This document shows positions 17,858 through 27,949 of a stretch of DNA of 64,000 nucleotides, piece by piece. A program made the position numbers and the translations under genes. Position 1 is the stretch's first letter, and every line of letters starts with the position of its first letter. The stretch comes from Escherichia phage vB_EcoM_ESCO50. The notes beneath the pieces were generated by a model, which saw only the letters and a program-made list of their open reading frames with translations, made no database searches and was not told the DNA's origin. Location: the sequence record OM386664.1. One strand, written 5' to 3'.

Positions 17858-18255
17858 ATAACCTTTCTACGCTTTATCTGGATAATGTTCTTTTTACAAT
17901 ATTCGATAGCTTCATCTATTGACCCAAAACTTTCCTTCTCCACAAAGAAGCGAACTTCACCATCTTGTATCTTTTGTTCTTCGGCTGTTGGCTCTTCAAG
18001 TATTTTACTTGATACTTCTCTGTTAATCTGCATTACATACTCGAAAGAGTTCTTCTTGTACCCAACTATTTTAATGTAACCCCTCTGGCGAAGACGATTG
18101 AACCGAGTTGACTTGTTTGTCTTGGATACATCTGGAAATTCCTTGTCATGGATACTACGTATCTGTGAGCAAGTAAATGTTTTATCATAACCAAACTCAT
18201 TATACAGGACTTTTAACAGTTCAATCATAACATCACTCCCAAATAACTTTTGCAT
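17848..18255 (-). CDS. Paralog-family protein A1 (ends ...RRKVIWE); start set at MQKLFGS by analogy with A2
   Basis: Shares N-terminal LLKVLY..FG.DKTF and C-terminal EAIE(H/Y)CKK..I..K..K(V/I)(I/V)WE with three neighbours; track ORF extends to 18300. Confidence 0.5.
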   Translation of the reverse strand: MQKLFGSDVMIELLKVLYNEFGYDKTFTCSQIRSIHDKEFPDVSKTNKSTRFNRLRQRGYIKIVGYKKNSFEYVMQINREVSSKILEEPTAEEQKIQDGEVRFFVEKESFGSIDEAIEYCKKNIIQIKRRKVIWE

Positions 18256-18697
18256 GTTTAACTTTAATAAGATGCTCTTTGCAGTGCTCAATAGCTTCAT
18301 CTAGTGTTTTAAACATAACATCCGCGATAAAGTATCTTACGTCAGGTTGTACATCAACATCTTTAACCTCAGATAAGTTTGATTTTTGTGAACTCCCCAA
18401 CTCTTCACGCGTGTTATCTAGCATCCTTGACAGTTGTATGTGCTTCTCCATAAAGGCTCGATTTAATTGATTAATACTTAGTCTACCTTTGCTTTTTACC
18501 TGCCCTACAGTCAGCAGTACACCAGACTGTCTTAACATTGTTAGATACCCACGGGTATTACTGATTGACTGGCCTCGTATAAAAAGGCTATTCTCTCTTA
18601 ATGCGTCAATTGCTTCGTTAGAGTCAAAAGTGTTTTCTGTCCCGAAGGTTTTGTATAAAATCTCTATTACGTGCTTCTGTAAATTGCAAAAAATCAT
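18233..18697 (-). CDS. Paralog-family protein B1 (154 aa)
   Basis: Conserved C-terminal ...DEAIEHCKEHLIKVKHAKVIWE; 23-nt overlap with A1. Confidence 0.55.
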   Translation of the reverse strand: MIFCNLQKHVIEILYKTFGTENTFDSNEAIDALRENSLFIRGQSISNTRGYLTMLRQSGVLLTVGQVKSKGRLSINQLNRAFMEKHIQLSRMLDNTREELGSSQKSNLSEVKDVDVQPDVRYFIADVMFKTLDEAIEHCKEHLIKVKHAKVIWE

Positions 18698-18718
18698 AGT
18701 GTATTCCTAATCAAATGT

Positions 18719-19141
18719 TTAAACTTCTTCCCAAACAATACGCTTTCTTTTTGTTTGGATAACCGTTCTCTTACAATGCTCAACTGCTGCCTCCATACTG
18801 GTAAAGTGTATGTCACCTATGAAGTATCCTACTTCACCTACACTAACCTCTTCATCCTTTTGTTGATGGCCATTACAATTTAGAAGCACATTTTTAGCTT
18901 TGCTTTCATTGATTCTCATAAGATACTCATTATTAAATCCTGTCGCTCCAACAACACTAATGTACCCACTTTTACGTAATCTGTGAGACCAATTAGCTTT
19001 ATCCCTGATTGAAGCATGTGGTAGATATTTATTAAAAACCTTAGTTAGTTGTGAGCCAGAAAATGTTTTATCATAGCCAAAATTTATATACAGAACCTTC
19101 AGAAGCTCAAACATGTTATTACTCCCAAATAATTTTTGCAC
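18719..19141 (-). CDS. Paralog-family protein A2 (140 aa)
   Basis: MQKLFGS N-terminus; conserved C-terminal motif. Confidence 0.55.
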   Translation of the reverse strand: MQKLFGSNNMFELLKVLYINFGYDKTFSGSQLTKVFNKYLPHASIRDKANWSHRLRKSGYISVVGATGFNNEYLMRINESKAKNVLLNCNGHQQKDEEVSVGEVGYFIGDIHFTSMEAAVEHCKRTVIQTKRKRIVWEEV

Positions 19142-19574
19142 GTTTTACTTTGATAATATACTTTTTGCAGTGTTCAACAGCATCTTGGAGTGTATCAAAC
19201 ATCAACTCACCAATAAAGAATTTTATGTCTGGAGACACACCTACACCACCACTTAAGTCTTTTTGCTGCTCTTCACGTTGGTTTCGTGGCTCTTTAAGTA
19301 AATAGTCTAGCTGAATGTGCTTCTCAATAAAACCTCTATTTAATTGGTTGATGAGCATCCTCCCTTGTTGCTTAATCTGTCCTACCACGATGAGCACACC
19401 CCACTTTCTCATCTGAGTCAAGTAGTACCTGATGTTTGCTATTGGCTGTTTTTTGATGTAATCACTTCCTTCTTGTAGGGCTTCAATAGCTTCATTTGAG
19501 TCAAATGTGTTATCTGTCCCAAACTTATTGTATAGAATCTCAATAATTCTTTTTTGGAAGCTGCAAAAAATCAT
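19119..19574 (-). CDS. Paralog-family protein B2 (151 aa)
   Basis: MIFCSFQK N-terminus like B1; 23-nt overlap with A2. Confidence 0.55.
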   Translation of the reverse strand: MIFCSFQKRIIEILYNKFGTDNTFDSNEAIEALQEGSDYIKKQPIANIRYYLTQMRKWGVLIVVGQIKQQGRMLINQLNRGFIEKHIQLDYLLKEPRNQREEQQKDLSGGVGVSPDIKFFIGELMFDTLQDAVEHCKKYIIKVKRAKIIWE

Positions 19575-19583
19575 AATTTTCTC

Positions 19584-19862
19584 TCAATCAAAAGTTACGT
19601 TTGTTACTGCCATTGCAGATTTGCATTTTACAGGGTCTACAACGTGATAAAGTACACTACAGTTACCTGTGCTGTCTGGTACAGGCTTTACCCATTGCTG
19701 CTTTATAGTTGGTTCTCCTAAGTCTTTGTAAGAGCCGTCTGTAAAATTGTTTACCATCTCAAGTGCAATTGGTTCTGGGACATGACCACGTATCATGTAC
19801 ATTTCACAACCATTACCACCATCGCTGACTAGTGGTAAAATCTCCCACTTTTCTTTAGCCAT
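19584..19862 (-). CDS. Hypothetical Cys-containing protein (92 aa)
   Basis: ORF. Confidence 0.45.
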   Translation of the reverse strand: MAKEKWEILPLVSDGGNGCEMYMIRGHVPEPIALEMVNNFTDGSYKDLGEPTIKQQWVKPVPDSTGNCSVLYHVVDPVKCKSAMAVTNVTFD

Positions 19863-20370
19863 TGTAAGTCGCCCTATAAACTGTCTCGAACTTCAACAGG
19901 AGAGATATTGCCAAATCTGTATAGTTGTTGTCAAGCACATCTGGCATATTATTTTTGATATATTTCTCTTGCTCTTCATAGGTCATCTTAGGAGTGCTTA
20001 GAAGGTTATCTCCTTGCTTCTGGTTATCAAGTTTAGTCTGGATAAACCAGTTTGCACAGTGATGCTCACCACCCTTTGTAACAGGTTTGTGGTGGCCTAA
20101 TGTGAAGGATTGACTACCTGTGTATCTGCAAAGTTTATTGAGTACTGTAATGGTGTTCTTCACAACAAAACATTCATACAGGTTGTCTATGGTGTAGTGT
20201 GGGTAGTAGCGGAATAGTGCTCTTTCACGAGTGCTATCACGATTCCAGAGAATCATGTGATTAGAGTTTGAAGGGTCATATTGGTGGGAGTCAATGAACT
20301 CTTGGCGTTCCTCAAAGCTGAGTCTTAACACTGACATTGCAGCAGAACGTTTCAGGTTTAACAGGTACAT
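19855..20370 (-). CDS. Possible HNH-like nuclease (171 aa)
   Basis: GHHKPVTKGGEHHCANWFIQTKLDNQKQ resembles an HNH core; weak. Confidence 0.35.
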   Translation of the reverse strand: MYLLNLKRSAAMSVLRLSFEERQEFIDSHQYDPSNSNHMILWNRDSTRERALFRYYPHYTIDNLYECFVVKNTITVLNKLCRYTGSQSFTLGHHKPVTKGGEHHCANWFIQTKLDNQKQGDNLLSTPKMTYEEQEKYIKNNMPDVLDNNYTDLAISLLLKFETVYRATYNG

Positions 20371-20382
20371 ATTATCTCCAAA

Positions 20383-20408
20383 ATAAAAAGGGAACCTTTA
20401 CAGTTCCC
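20383..20408 (-). terminator. Hairpin AGGGAAC...GTTCCCT followed by U-run on minus transcript
   Basis: Inverted repeat plus A-run on plus strand. Confidence 0.45.
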
Positions 20409-20421
20409 TTATAGTATTTGT

Positions 20422-20742
20422 TTACTGAGCTACTTTCAAGATGCTTGTGAACGAGATTTCACTCTCATCCATAAACTCTTTTGCTTCTCCAGTAACTTTT
20501 ACAAAGTTATCTAGGCAGATAATCTTCTTATCTTTCTTGCTGTAGGTTAGCTTAACCTTTTCAATATCTTTCTTAGAGCTTTCCTCTTCATTAAAGAGCT
20601 TTACAGCTTCTTTGAATGGGAGGTATGAGCCATCATCATCGCTAATAAAACCTGTACCACAATAGTAGAAGTTATATTCTTTAGCCATAAACTGGCACAG
20701 TACGAAAATCTGTAATTTGCGAGTGTTATAAACTTTACCCAT
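20422..20742 (-). CDS. Hypothetical protein (106 aa)
   Basis: ORF. Confidence 0.5.
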   Translation of the reverse strand: MGKVYNTRKLQIFVLCQFMAKEYNFYYCGTGFISDDDGSYLPFKEAVKLFNEEESSKKDIEKVKLTYSKKDKKIICLDNFVKVTGEAKEFMDESEISFTSILKVAQ

Positions 20743-20744
20743 GA

Positions 20745-21002
20745 TTATTTAGCCTTCTTATTACGTTTATGGTTACGAGCTTTCTTAGCTGCTCGTTTAA
20801 TAGCTGCTGCACCAGACGGACGGTGGGCTTGTTTCTTACCACCTTTATCACGGCCTACATAGATACTTTTCATAACCTCATTAGCCAGCTTCTCCTCCAT
20901 CTTAAAGTTCTGCATAAGATGAGTCACATCAACACCAGTGAGCATACCTAATGAAGCTAGTGCTGCTTTTACTTTTGATTTAAAACTATTCCAGAGTCCC
21001 AT
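20745..21002 (-). CDS. Hypothetical protein (85 aa) with strongly basic C-terminus
   Basis: ORF; C-terminal KRAAKKARNHKRNKKAK. Confidence 0.5.
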   Translation of the reverse strand: MGLWNSFKSKVKAALASLGMLTGVDVTHLMQNFKMEEKLANEVMKSIYVGRDKGGKKQAHRPSGAAAIKRAAKKARNHKRNKKAK

Positions 21003-21006
21003 TTCA

Positions 21007-21041
<35 letters not shown>

Positions 21042-21147
21042 CTTTTCACAAATGTTTTAAGTTCTCCTTCAGTGACACCAATGGTTAAGTTTGTTCTGTA
21101 GAACATTGTAAAGTGGTCTTTACCGATAACCTACTTTACAACGAGAT

Positions 21148-21633
21148 TTACTCTGCTCTCCACTGGCAATCACCTTGCCATCCATACTCTTTTCTCCAGA
21201 GGTTTTGGTTATCAGAACCACGATATGGTTTAGCTGTTGGTTTAGATAAATCATACTTGCCATCAATCACCACGTCAATGTATTTCATCACATCAAGGTG
21301 AATTTTTTCGTGTAGTTGAAAACCTGTCCAAAGCCATATAGACTTCTCTGGATAAACAGTTTTAATACGTTTACATATATTGGTAACCTCTTGAATATTT
21401 CTATCATCCAGAGGTTCTCCACCAAGTATTGACAAACCACTGACAGCATTATCACCCATTAGTTGGATGATTCCGTAGAGGTTTGCATAAGTAAACTCTT
21501 TACCAGCATTAAACTTCCAAGACTCCCTGTTAAAGCAGCCTTCGCAGTGATGCTTACAACCAGCTACGAAGAGGCTTACACGAACCCCTTCACCATTAGC
21601 TGTATCAAATGGTCTAATATCCATGTAATTCAT
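21148..21633 (-). CDS. nrdG: Anaerobic ribonucleotide reductase activating protein (radical SAM)
   Basis: N-terminal Cys cluster CKHHCEGC; directly downstream of nrdD-like gene. Confidence 0.75.
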   Translation of the reverse strand: MNYMDIRPFDTANGEGVRVSLFVAGCKHHCEGCFNRESWKFNAGKEFTYANLYGIIQLMGDNAVSGLSILGGEPLDDRNIQEVTNICKRIKTVYPEKSIWLWTGFQLHEKIHLDVMKYIDVVIDGKYDLSKPTAKPYRGSDNQNLWRKEYGWQGDCQWRAE

Positions 21634-21697
21634 CTAGTTACCTCACCAATAAAAAGGTGATGTAAGCCTATCAAAACCCACACCACCTTGTCAAGTT

Positions 21698-23842
21698 TTA
21701 CATAGAAACCCTATCCTTAATTTCTGCCATCTTAGCGTCATTCATTCGAGACTGACCTTTAATTTTTGTGAATGACAAGTACCCGCACACCCTGTTAATC
21801 ACAGAGATATCGTGTGAATGACAAACCTCACATTCTTCAACATCAGCCTTTGGTCTGTTACCACAATGTTCACAGATTGCTAAGTCAAAGTTAAGGCCCT
21901 GATAGAAACCTTTCAACATCCCTCTGGTAATACAACTTTTAAGTGCTGATAAGTTTTCTGGATTAGCTACCCTTACATACTGGATTCTGCCGCCTCTACA
22001 GATATGGAAGAATGGCTCTTCTAAGTCCTGCTTCTCAAATGGTGTAATATCTGCTGCAACATTCATATGAAAACTATTTGTAAAGTATTCCTTATCAGAA
22101 ACACCTTTGATAACGCCAAACATATCTCTGAACTGTTTTAGCTGAGTTCCACAAAGTGATTCTGCTGGAGTGCCATATACCGCATACAAGAAGCCATCTT
22201 CGTTCTTAAACTCTTCAGTTTTCATGTTAATGTATGCCAGAACATCATATGCAAAACTACAGCTTCCAACTTCATGGAGTCGTTTACCCTCAGCAAGAAC
22301 AGATAGCTCATCAAGCGCAGTAACCCCAAAAGAGGCTGTGAAAGATTTCATGATATCCCAACCAACCTTATCAGTAGGCTTCTTAGTCCCTTTGTACAGA
22401 CCACCTTGTGTAAATGCAAGAGGGTTAGAACTTGCTGGCATATTAGCAATCATTTCGTAACGTTTCTTGTGGAAGCTGCGAATCATCTCTAGGTACTTAT
22501 CAAGCTCTTTCCAGAAATCTAAACCATTCTCTTTAGAATACTGGTAAATCATTGGTAAGTTCAAAGATACAGCACCAATGTTAGCACGACCAACGTAGAA
22601 CTCTTCCCCATTCTCGTTAAAATATGGAGATAAGAAGGCTCTGCAACCCATCGGGGAAATTACCTTGCCAGAACGCTCAAAAGCCTCTGCTACAGCACCA
22701 TGACCAGATACACTTAAGAAATCTGGATACATTGCTTTAGAGCAACACTCGATGGCTTTACTGTACAGGTGTCCTTGACAGATATTCTCATCGTGTCTCT
22801 TCTGGTCATAAATATAAACCAGTTTAGGAAATACAACAGGCTTCTTACTCTTACCTTGTCCATTCATACGAACATCTAGGAGGGTACTTGCAATCATGTA
22901 TTGCAGTCGGTTATCTTCATTAGACATATCTGAGTCAAGTAACCCGAATGTCAAAGTTGTGAATGCAAAATCCCCACGGCTACAAGGTACAGTGTTTAGT
23001 TTCATTTCAAGTGACTGGAAACCTTGAGTCAGTTCAATCTGTAGCTGCTCCATGACATAATTGTGGTAATGTTCTTTAGGAATACCATAAGATGCTGCTT
23101 TCTCAGCATGATAGCGTAGAGACTTCTTAGCATACGGCACAAGTACCTTATCAATCTCTGCTAAAGTAAAACCACCAAATTGCTGTGCAGTTGCTGAAAG
23201 AACTACATCACCAATAACCTGTAAGGCTGACAGTACAGACTTCGGTTCACAGTATTCAATGCCAGACATTTCAAAGCCACCTTTCAGGACTTTACCAATG
23301 TCAAACAGACAACAGTTGATACCACCAAAAATTAGGTCTCTTAAATCATGGATATAGATAAACCCTTTTTCAATGGCTTCAAGTTCCTCTGGTGTTAAAT
23401 GGTACTGTTTAAAGATTTCTTTAGTCAGATAACCACGAATAATTGAGCCTTTTGTAGAAATTAAACTGCTGTCAAAGTTAGCATTCTCTCTGTCACCTAA
23501 GAAGAGTGTATCTTTGGTCTTCTGGTAAAGTTCATCCCAATTTTGAGCAACTTCTTTACGGTAATTTCTATATGTTGAGTAAGACTCATAAATCTCGTGG
23601 TTGACTTCTGCCAAAGCACCCTCAACAATACTGTGAATATCATTTACTGAAATGAGTAAATTATTCTGCTTAGTGGATTTTACCAGAACCCTCATAAATG
23701 CTGACTCAAGAGCTTGGGTAACATCTGGTGGAAGCTCTTTATAACCAACTCTGTTAGCTGACTTTGTGACTGCTGTTAAAACTTTTTTGATATCAGGTTC
23801 TTCGAGTGAGCCATTCTTTTTAATAATCTGTACTTTGTTCAT
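21698..23842 (-). CDS. nrdD: Anaerobic ribonucleoside-triphosphate reductase (class III)
   Basis: 714 aa; C-terminal glycyl-radical motif RVCGYL and Zn site CEHCG...CEVC. Confidence 0.85.
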   Translation of the reverse strand: MNKVQIIKKNGSLEEPDIKKVLTAVTKSANRVGYKELPPDVTQALESAFMRVLVKSTKQNNLLISVNDIHSIVEGALAEVNHEIYESYSTYRNYRKEVAQNWDELYQKTKDTLFLGDRENANFDSSLISTKGSIIRGYLTKEIFKQYHLTPEELEAIEKGFIYIHDLRDLIFGGINCCLFDIGKVLKGGFEMSGIEYCEPKSVLSALQVIGDVVLSATAQQFGGFTLAEIDKVLVPYAKKSLRYHAEKAASYGIPKEHYHNYVMEQLQIELTQGFQSLEMKLNTVPCSRGDFAFTTLTFGLLDSDMSNEDNRLQYMIASTLLDVRMNGQGKSKKPVVFPKLVYIYDQKRHDENICQGHLYSKAIECCSKAMYPDFLSVSGHGAVAEAFERSGKVISPMGCRAFLSPYFNENGEEFYVGRANIGAVSLNLPMIYQYSKENGLDFWKELDKYLEMIRSFHKKRYEMIANMPASSNPLAFTQGGLYKGTKKPTDKVGWDIMKSFTASFGVTALDELSVLAEGKRLHEVGSCSFAYDVLAYINMKTEEFKNEDGFLYAVYGTPAESLCGTQLKQFRDMFGVIKGVSDKEYFTNSFHMNVAADITPFEKQDLEEPFFHICRGGRIQYVRVANPENLSALKSCITRGMLKGFYQGLNFDLAICEHCGNRPKADVEECEVCHSHDISVINRVCGYLSFTKIKGQSRMNDAKMAEIKDRVSM

Positions 23843-23861
23843 TATTGCCCCTTTACATTCT

Positions 23862-23890
23862 AAAAAGGTCTCCGAAGAGACCCTTTCATT
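23862..23890 (-). terminator. Hairpin GGUCUC-UUCG-GAGACC with flanking U/A runs upstream of nrdD
   Basis: Inverted repeat with tetraloop. Confidence 0.5.
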
Positions 23891-24097
23891 TTAAATCTTT
23901 TTAGAAAACTTCGCAAAGAGTTCTCTTAGTTTTTCAGTGATACCTAACTGTATCTCTAATATTTCAAAGATAACCCATAGTAACATGGCTCCAAACAACG
24001 AACCTTGTTCAAAGTCAGTAAATAGGTTAACAATAAGCATACCAATCACAATAGCTGGTGCATCAACAACCAAACCTTCCCAAATGCGTTTAAGCAT
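23891..24097 (-). CDS. Small hydrophobic/membrane protein (68 aa)
   Basis: Two hydrophobic segments. Confidence 0.4.
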   Translation of the reverse strand: MLKRIWEGLVVDAPAIVIGMLIVNLFTDFEQGSLFGAMLLWVIFEILEIQLGITEKLRELFAKFSKKI

Positions 24098-24332
24098 TAT
24101 TCACCTCTGCCATAAAATTCTGTAGCGTCCCAACAGGTTTTAGGTTTTGTCCATCAGTTTTCATGATGAATGGCATCTGACGAACTGGCATCTGTGCAAT
24201 ATCCATTAGTTCTGATAGCTCATAATCCTGTCCTAACATTCTCACAACATGGTCAATACCACGAGCTTTTGCAAAATTCTTTGCAGTCTCACACTGAGGG
24301 CATCCAGTTTTGGAGTAAATTACATAAGTCAT
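24090..24332 (-). CDS. Glutaredoxin/NrdH-like redoxin (80 aa)
   Basis: CPQC redox motif near N-terminus; next to nrdB. Confidence 0.7.
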   Translation of the reverse strand: MTYVIYSKTGCPQCETAKNFAKARGIDHVVRMLGQDYELSELMDIAQMPVRQMPFIMKTDGQNLKPVGTLQNFMAEVNNA

Positions 24333-25408
24333 TAAGGAACCTCTAAAAATCCACTATTCAAATCGTCTACAACAGTATTCAATAGGTACGCACCGTTCTG
24401 TTGCTCCTGATTAGCATTCTGCTCTTTATCAATTTCCATCTTCTTAATCATGTACTTCAAAGGTGGTTCTTTAGGAGCTACAAAATCTCTTTGAATACCA
24501 AACATATCATATAGCGGGGCAGCATTATAGTAAACCCACTCATGAAGAAGCTTTGTATTTAAGCCAACTACAGCACGTCCTTCGGAGAAGATATAATACG
24601 ACCATTTCTCTTCACTTTCAACTACTTCATCTAAGATTACTTTAATCTCTGGAAGAATTTGTTGAAAAGCTTTCTGCCACTCATCGTCTCTTAAAGTTTC
24701 TTTTAAAACTTCAATATCAATTTTAGTGTGAAGGATTTCGTCAAGCATAATTTTCTGGACAGCTTGAGCAATACCCTGAAATTTATCTTGAGCATCAAGT
24801 GCAAAGGTACATGCAAAGGATGCCATAAAAGATATACCTTCCAGTGCAGTCACTGCAAATAGACCTTTCAGAATCACTTTATGGAAGTGTAAAGGGTCTT
24901 TGTCCAGAAGTGAGTCGCGCACATAACTCAGACGATAGTTTATACCTTCATCCAGTAATTCTTCAAGAACACGATTCACAGTTTTTAATCGGTCTTGCAC
25001 AGCAACATTCTGGTTAATTTCGTCTAAGATTGTTTCAGGGTTTTTAATACATTGTCTTACAATCTCTGAGTAAGTAAGAGCATGTAGGTTTTCAATCTCA
25101 GACTGCTTCATAATTGCAGTTGCATAGATGTCATCAGAGATAAATGGTGCAAAGGCAAATGCCAAGCTCTTAGCAACTTGAGTGTCTGCTTCCCATTGCC
25201 ACTTAAGAATCTCAAGCATTACACCTGACATTGATGCTGGGACACTCTCAAAATCAAGACGTGATTGTTCAAAAGGAAACTCATCTTCTGACCAGTCTTG
25301 TGCTTTTTGTTGTTTATAAAGTTCAAAGATTTTTGGGTAGTGCTTGTTAAGTGAGTCAAAAGTTTTTCTCTCACCACCTAAAAAGATTGGGTGCTGGTTA
25401 ATCATAGT
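24332..25408 (-). CDS. nrdB: Ribonucleotide reductase small subunit (class I); start likely the internal Met (MINQHPIFLGG)
   Basis: Ferritin-like diiron motif LDEILHT; track ORF runs to 25465 but overlaps the upstream gene. Confidence 0.8.
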   Translation of the reverse strand, partial: TMINQHPIFLGGERKTFDSLNKHYPKIFELYKQQKAQDWSEDEFPFEQSRLDFESVPASMSGVMLEILKWQWEADTQVAKSLAFAFAPFISDDIYATAIMKQSEIENLHALTYSEIVRQCIKNPETILDEINQNVAVQDRLKTVNRVLEELLDEGINYRLSYVRDSLLDKDPLHFHKVILKGLFAVTALEGISFMASFACTFALDAQDKFQGIAQAVQKIMLDEILHTKIDIEVLKETLRDDEWQKAFQQILPEIKVILDEVVESEEKWSYYIFSEGRAVVGLNTKLLHEWVYYNAAPLYDMFGIQRDFVAPKEPPLKYMIKKMEIDKEQNANQEQQNGAYLLNTVVDDLNSGFLEVP

Positions 25409-25659
25409 GTGATTTCTCCTTTCTTTATCATTTCTGAGGCTTGTTTTCTGTCTAAAACTTCCCAATTTTCTTTGTTAAACATCTCATAAGGTCTTGCGTA
25501 GATTTTACCATCTGCTGTAGAGATGTAAGAGATACCAGCAACCCATGAGTCATCTTTTTGTTTTATCATCATATCTGTGCTACTCACATAGTACATCGTT
25601 TTCCGAGGCTTATGGAGCAAGTATATAGGCCGCTCATGTTTTTCTATTAAATCTTTCAT
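25402..25659 (-). CDS. Hypothetical small protein between nrdA and nrdB (start probably MKDLIEK)
   Basis: ORF; track version 25402-25743 overlaps the nrdA 3' end. Confidence 0.4.
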   Translation of the reverse strand: MKDLIEKHERPIYLLHKPRKTMYYVSSTDMMIKQKDDSWVAGISYISTADGKIYARPYEMFNKENWEVLDRKQASEMIKKGEITL

Positions 25660-25714
25660 GGTCTCTCCAAAGTTATTTTTAGAGGGTCTTTTACGACCCT
25701 CATAGTTGTTAAAA

Positions 25715-27949
25715 CTAAACACCACAACCCTCGCAATAAGCATCTTGCAGTGCAGATTTACCTACACCAATGCGACTGTTAAGGTAGTACATGGTTTTCA
25801 TACCTACCGAGTTGGCATAAATCATGTACTTCAGAGCTTGAGCCAATGATACCTTTTTAGACTTTGCATAGTCAACATAGAAGTCTGAAGAAATAGCTTG
25901 ACCAGTGAACTTTTGAACAATTGCATAACAATCAATCATATCAAAGGTGTCAATATCCCAAGCAATTTCATAGACATACTTCAACTCTTCATAATCTGGA
26001 ACAATAAACAGCACGTTACCAGTTGCAGACTTTTTAGTTAAAATAAAGTCACGAATTGGGTACAAGCCATTTGTCGTATTAGTTGCTAGTGAAGAACTCT
26101 CATTAGGCATGTAAGCTTCTAATACAGAGTTTCGGATTCCACCATTTTCTTTGATACGTTGTGCTAAGTCATCCCAATCATATCGTAGTTTTGCATCATG
26201 CTTTTCATCAATCTTCTTGTTAGCTGTTTTTGGAGGAACCCAGCCTTCAGGATACTTAGTGAACTTCATGTACTCTGGAACGCCACGCTCTTTAGCAAGT
26301 CTCAGAGAGGCTTCATGCAGATAGTAAGAGTGCATCTCTGCCAGTTCATGAAGTTTCGTTTTACCTGCTCGTGAAGAGTAGTTCACGTAGTTCTTCGCAA
26401 GGTAATGAGCCACATTTGTAAGGCCAATCCCAACAGAACGACGCTTCTGTACATGGTTACGCATCGACGGATACGGATAATCCATAAGGTCAATAACGGA
26501 GTCAACCATTGCAAGAGCATAATAAGCAACGTCAGCGTATTCATCTTCTGAAATTCTCCCTGCAACCAAACTAGCTAGGAAGCAAAGAGCTACCTCACCA
26601 TCCTCTTTCACAGCATCGTCTCTGTAAAGGTCTGTCTCTTTCTCAAAACCATACACTGGCAACACAATTTCCATACAAAGATTTGACATCTTCAATGGTT
26701 CTTTAAATGGTGTATGTGTGTTCGCATTGTTAGTGAAGAATGGATACACACGACCTGTAGCATAACGCTGTTGAATAAACAGTTTAGCAATTTCACGAGC
26801 CTTTACTCGTCTGTGCTTAACTCCTGAATGTACTGCGTGACCAACTGCCATAGCAAACTCATCAGCAGATGCTGTGTAGAACATGTCATAGAGTTTTGGT
26901 GCATCTTTGTAAGAGAATAGCAACCAATCTGTATCATACTGAACACACTGCCAGAAGTAATCGTTTGTGCCGAATGAGTAGTCCATCTCATTAATACGTT
27001 TAGAAGGAACCGTTGTAGGGTGCTTCAAACGCAGTAAATCTTCAATCTGCGGGTCTAGAGCAGTGTAGAAGTTATTAGCTGAACCACCACGACTCTTCTG
27101 TTTGTTTGCCTCTACAGATGAACGTACAAGCTTGTAATAAGGTAGTTTACCCATGTGCTCAATCGTATTTTGACGGATACCATCACCGATGGTACGTGTC
27201 TCCATCAGCATACCAATACCAGCTTGCTTTGTGGTCATATCATAAGCAACCTTTGCAGCAATACCAAGTGATTCAGCAGTATCATTTGCCTTAATCAAAC
27301 AGCATGACGCATAGCCTGACTTGGTGGCTCTTAAACCGTTTAAATAAGGCGTAGGAGCGTTAATCTTCAGGTCAGATAGGTAAGTGTACAGCTTGATAAC
27401 ATCTTGTAACCTACGGTGCTTTGGTTGCTTCTCAAAGGCTTTCATAGCCATACCCATAAACATAAACTGTGGTGACTCAAAAAGTCTTCCAGTTTTAATA
27501 TCACGGATACCATACTTGTCTCTGAACTGTTTCAAGACTGCATAACCGTAAGAGATATCTTTTGAGTGTACGATGTAACCTTGCAGGTATTCAAGCTCTT
27601 CCTGTGAATAATCCATCTTCTCCCAAAGTCCTGCTCTCTCCATATTTTTAACGAAGGTAATCAGCGTAGGAACCTTAGTAAAGCCTCCAAAGGCTTCTTT
27701 GTAGATAATACCCAAAAGTAGCCGTCCAGCCATATCTGAGTATTCTTGAGTTTGTTTATCAACACAAACATCAATCATGGCTTGGTGCATCTCTTTTGTA
27801 GTGCAACCTTCATAGATACGTTTCATAGCTTCCATAGTGACTTCTGACCAGATAATTCCACGTTTATCTGCCCATGATGCCCACTTATTCAGTCTTTCTG
27901 GGTCAAAGCTTACTACTGTACCGTTTGATTTTTTAATTGTCTTAATCAT
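25715..27949 (-). CDS. nrdA: Ribonucleotide reductase large subunit (class I)
   Basis: 744 aa; N-terminal ATP-cone-like region; followed by nrdB. Confidence 0.85.
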   Translation of the reverse strand: MIKTIKKSNGTVVSFDPERLNKWASWADKRGIIWSEVTMEAMKRIYEGCTTKEMHQAMIDVCVDKQTQEYSDMAGRLLLGIIYKEAFGGFTKVPTLITFVKNMERAGLWEKMDYSQEELEYLQGYIVHSKDISYGYAVLKQFRDKYGIRDIKTGRLFESPQFMFMGMAMKAFEKQPKHRRLQDVIKLYTYLSDLKINAPTPYLNGLRATKSGYASCCLIKANDTAESLGIAAKVAYDMTTKQAGIGMLMETRTIGDGIRQNTIEHMGKLPYYKLVRSSVEANKQKSRGGSANNFYTALDPQIEDLLRLKHPTTVPSKRINEMDYSFGTNDYFWQCVQYDTDWLLFSYKDAPKLYDMFYTASADEFAMAVGHAVHSGVKHRRVKAREIAKLFIQQRYATGRVYPFFTNNANTHTPFKEPLKMSNLCMEIVLPVYGFEKETDLYRDDAVKEDGEVALCFLASLVAGRISEDEYADVAYYALAMVDSVIDLMDYPYPSMRNHVQKRRSVGIGLTNVAHYLAKNYVNYSSRAGKTKLHELAEMHSYYLHEASLRLAKERGVPEYMKFTKYPEGWVPPKTANKKIDEKHDAKLRYDWDDLAQRIKENGGIRNSVLEAYMPNESSSLATNTTNGLYPIRDFILTKKSATGNVLFIVPDYEELKYVYEIAWDIDTFDMIDCYAIVQKFTGQAISSDFYVDYAKSKKVSLAQALKYMIYANSVGMKTMYYLNSRIGVGKSALQDAYCEGCGV

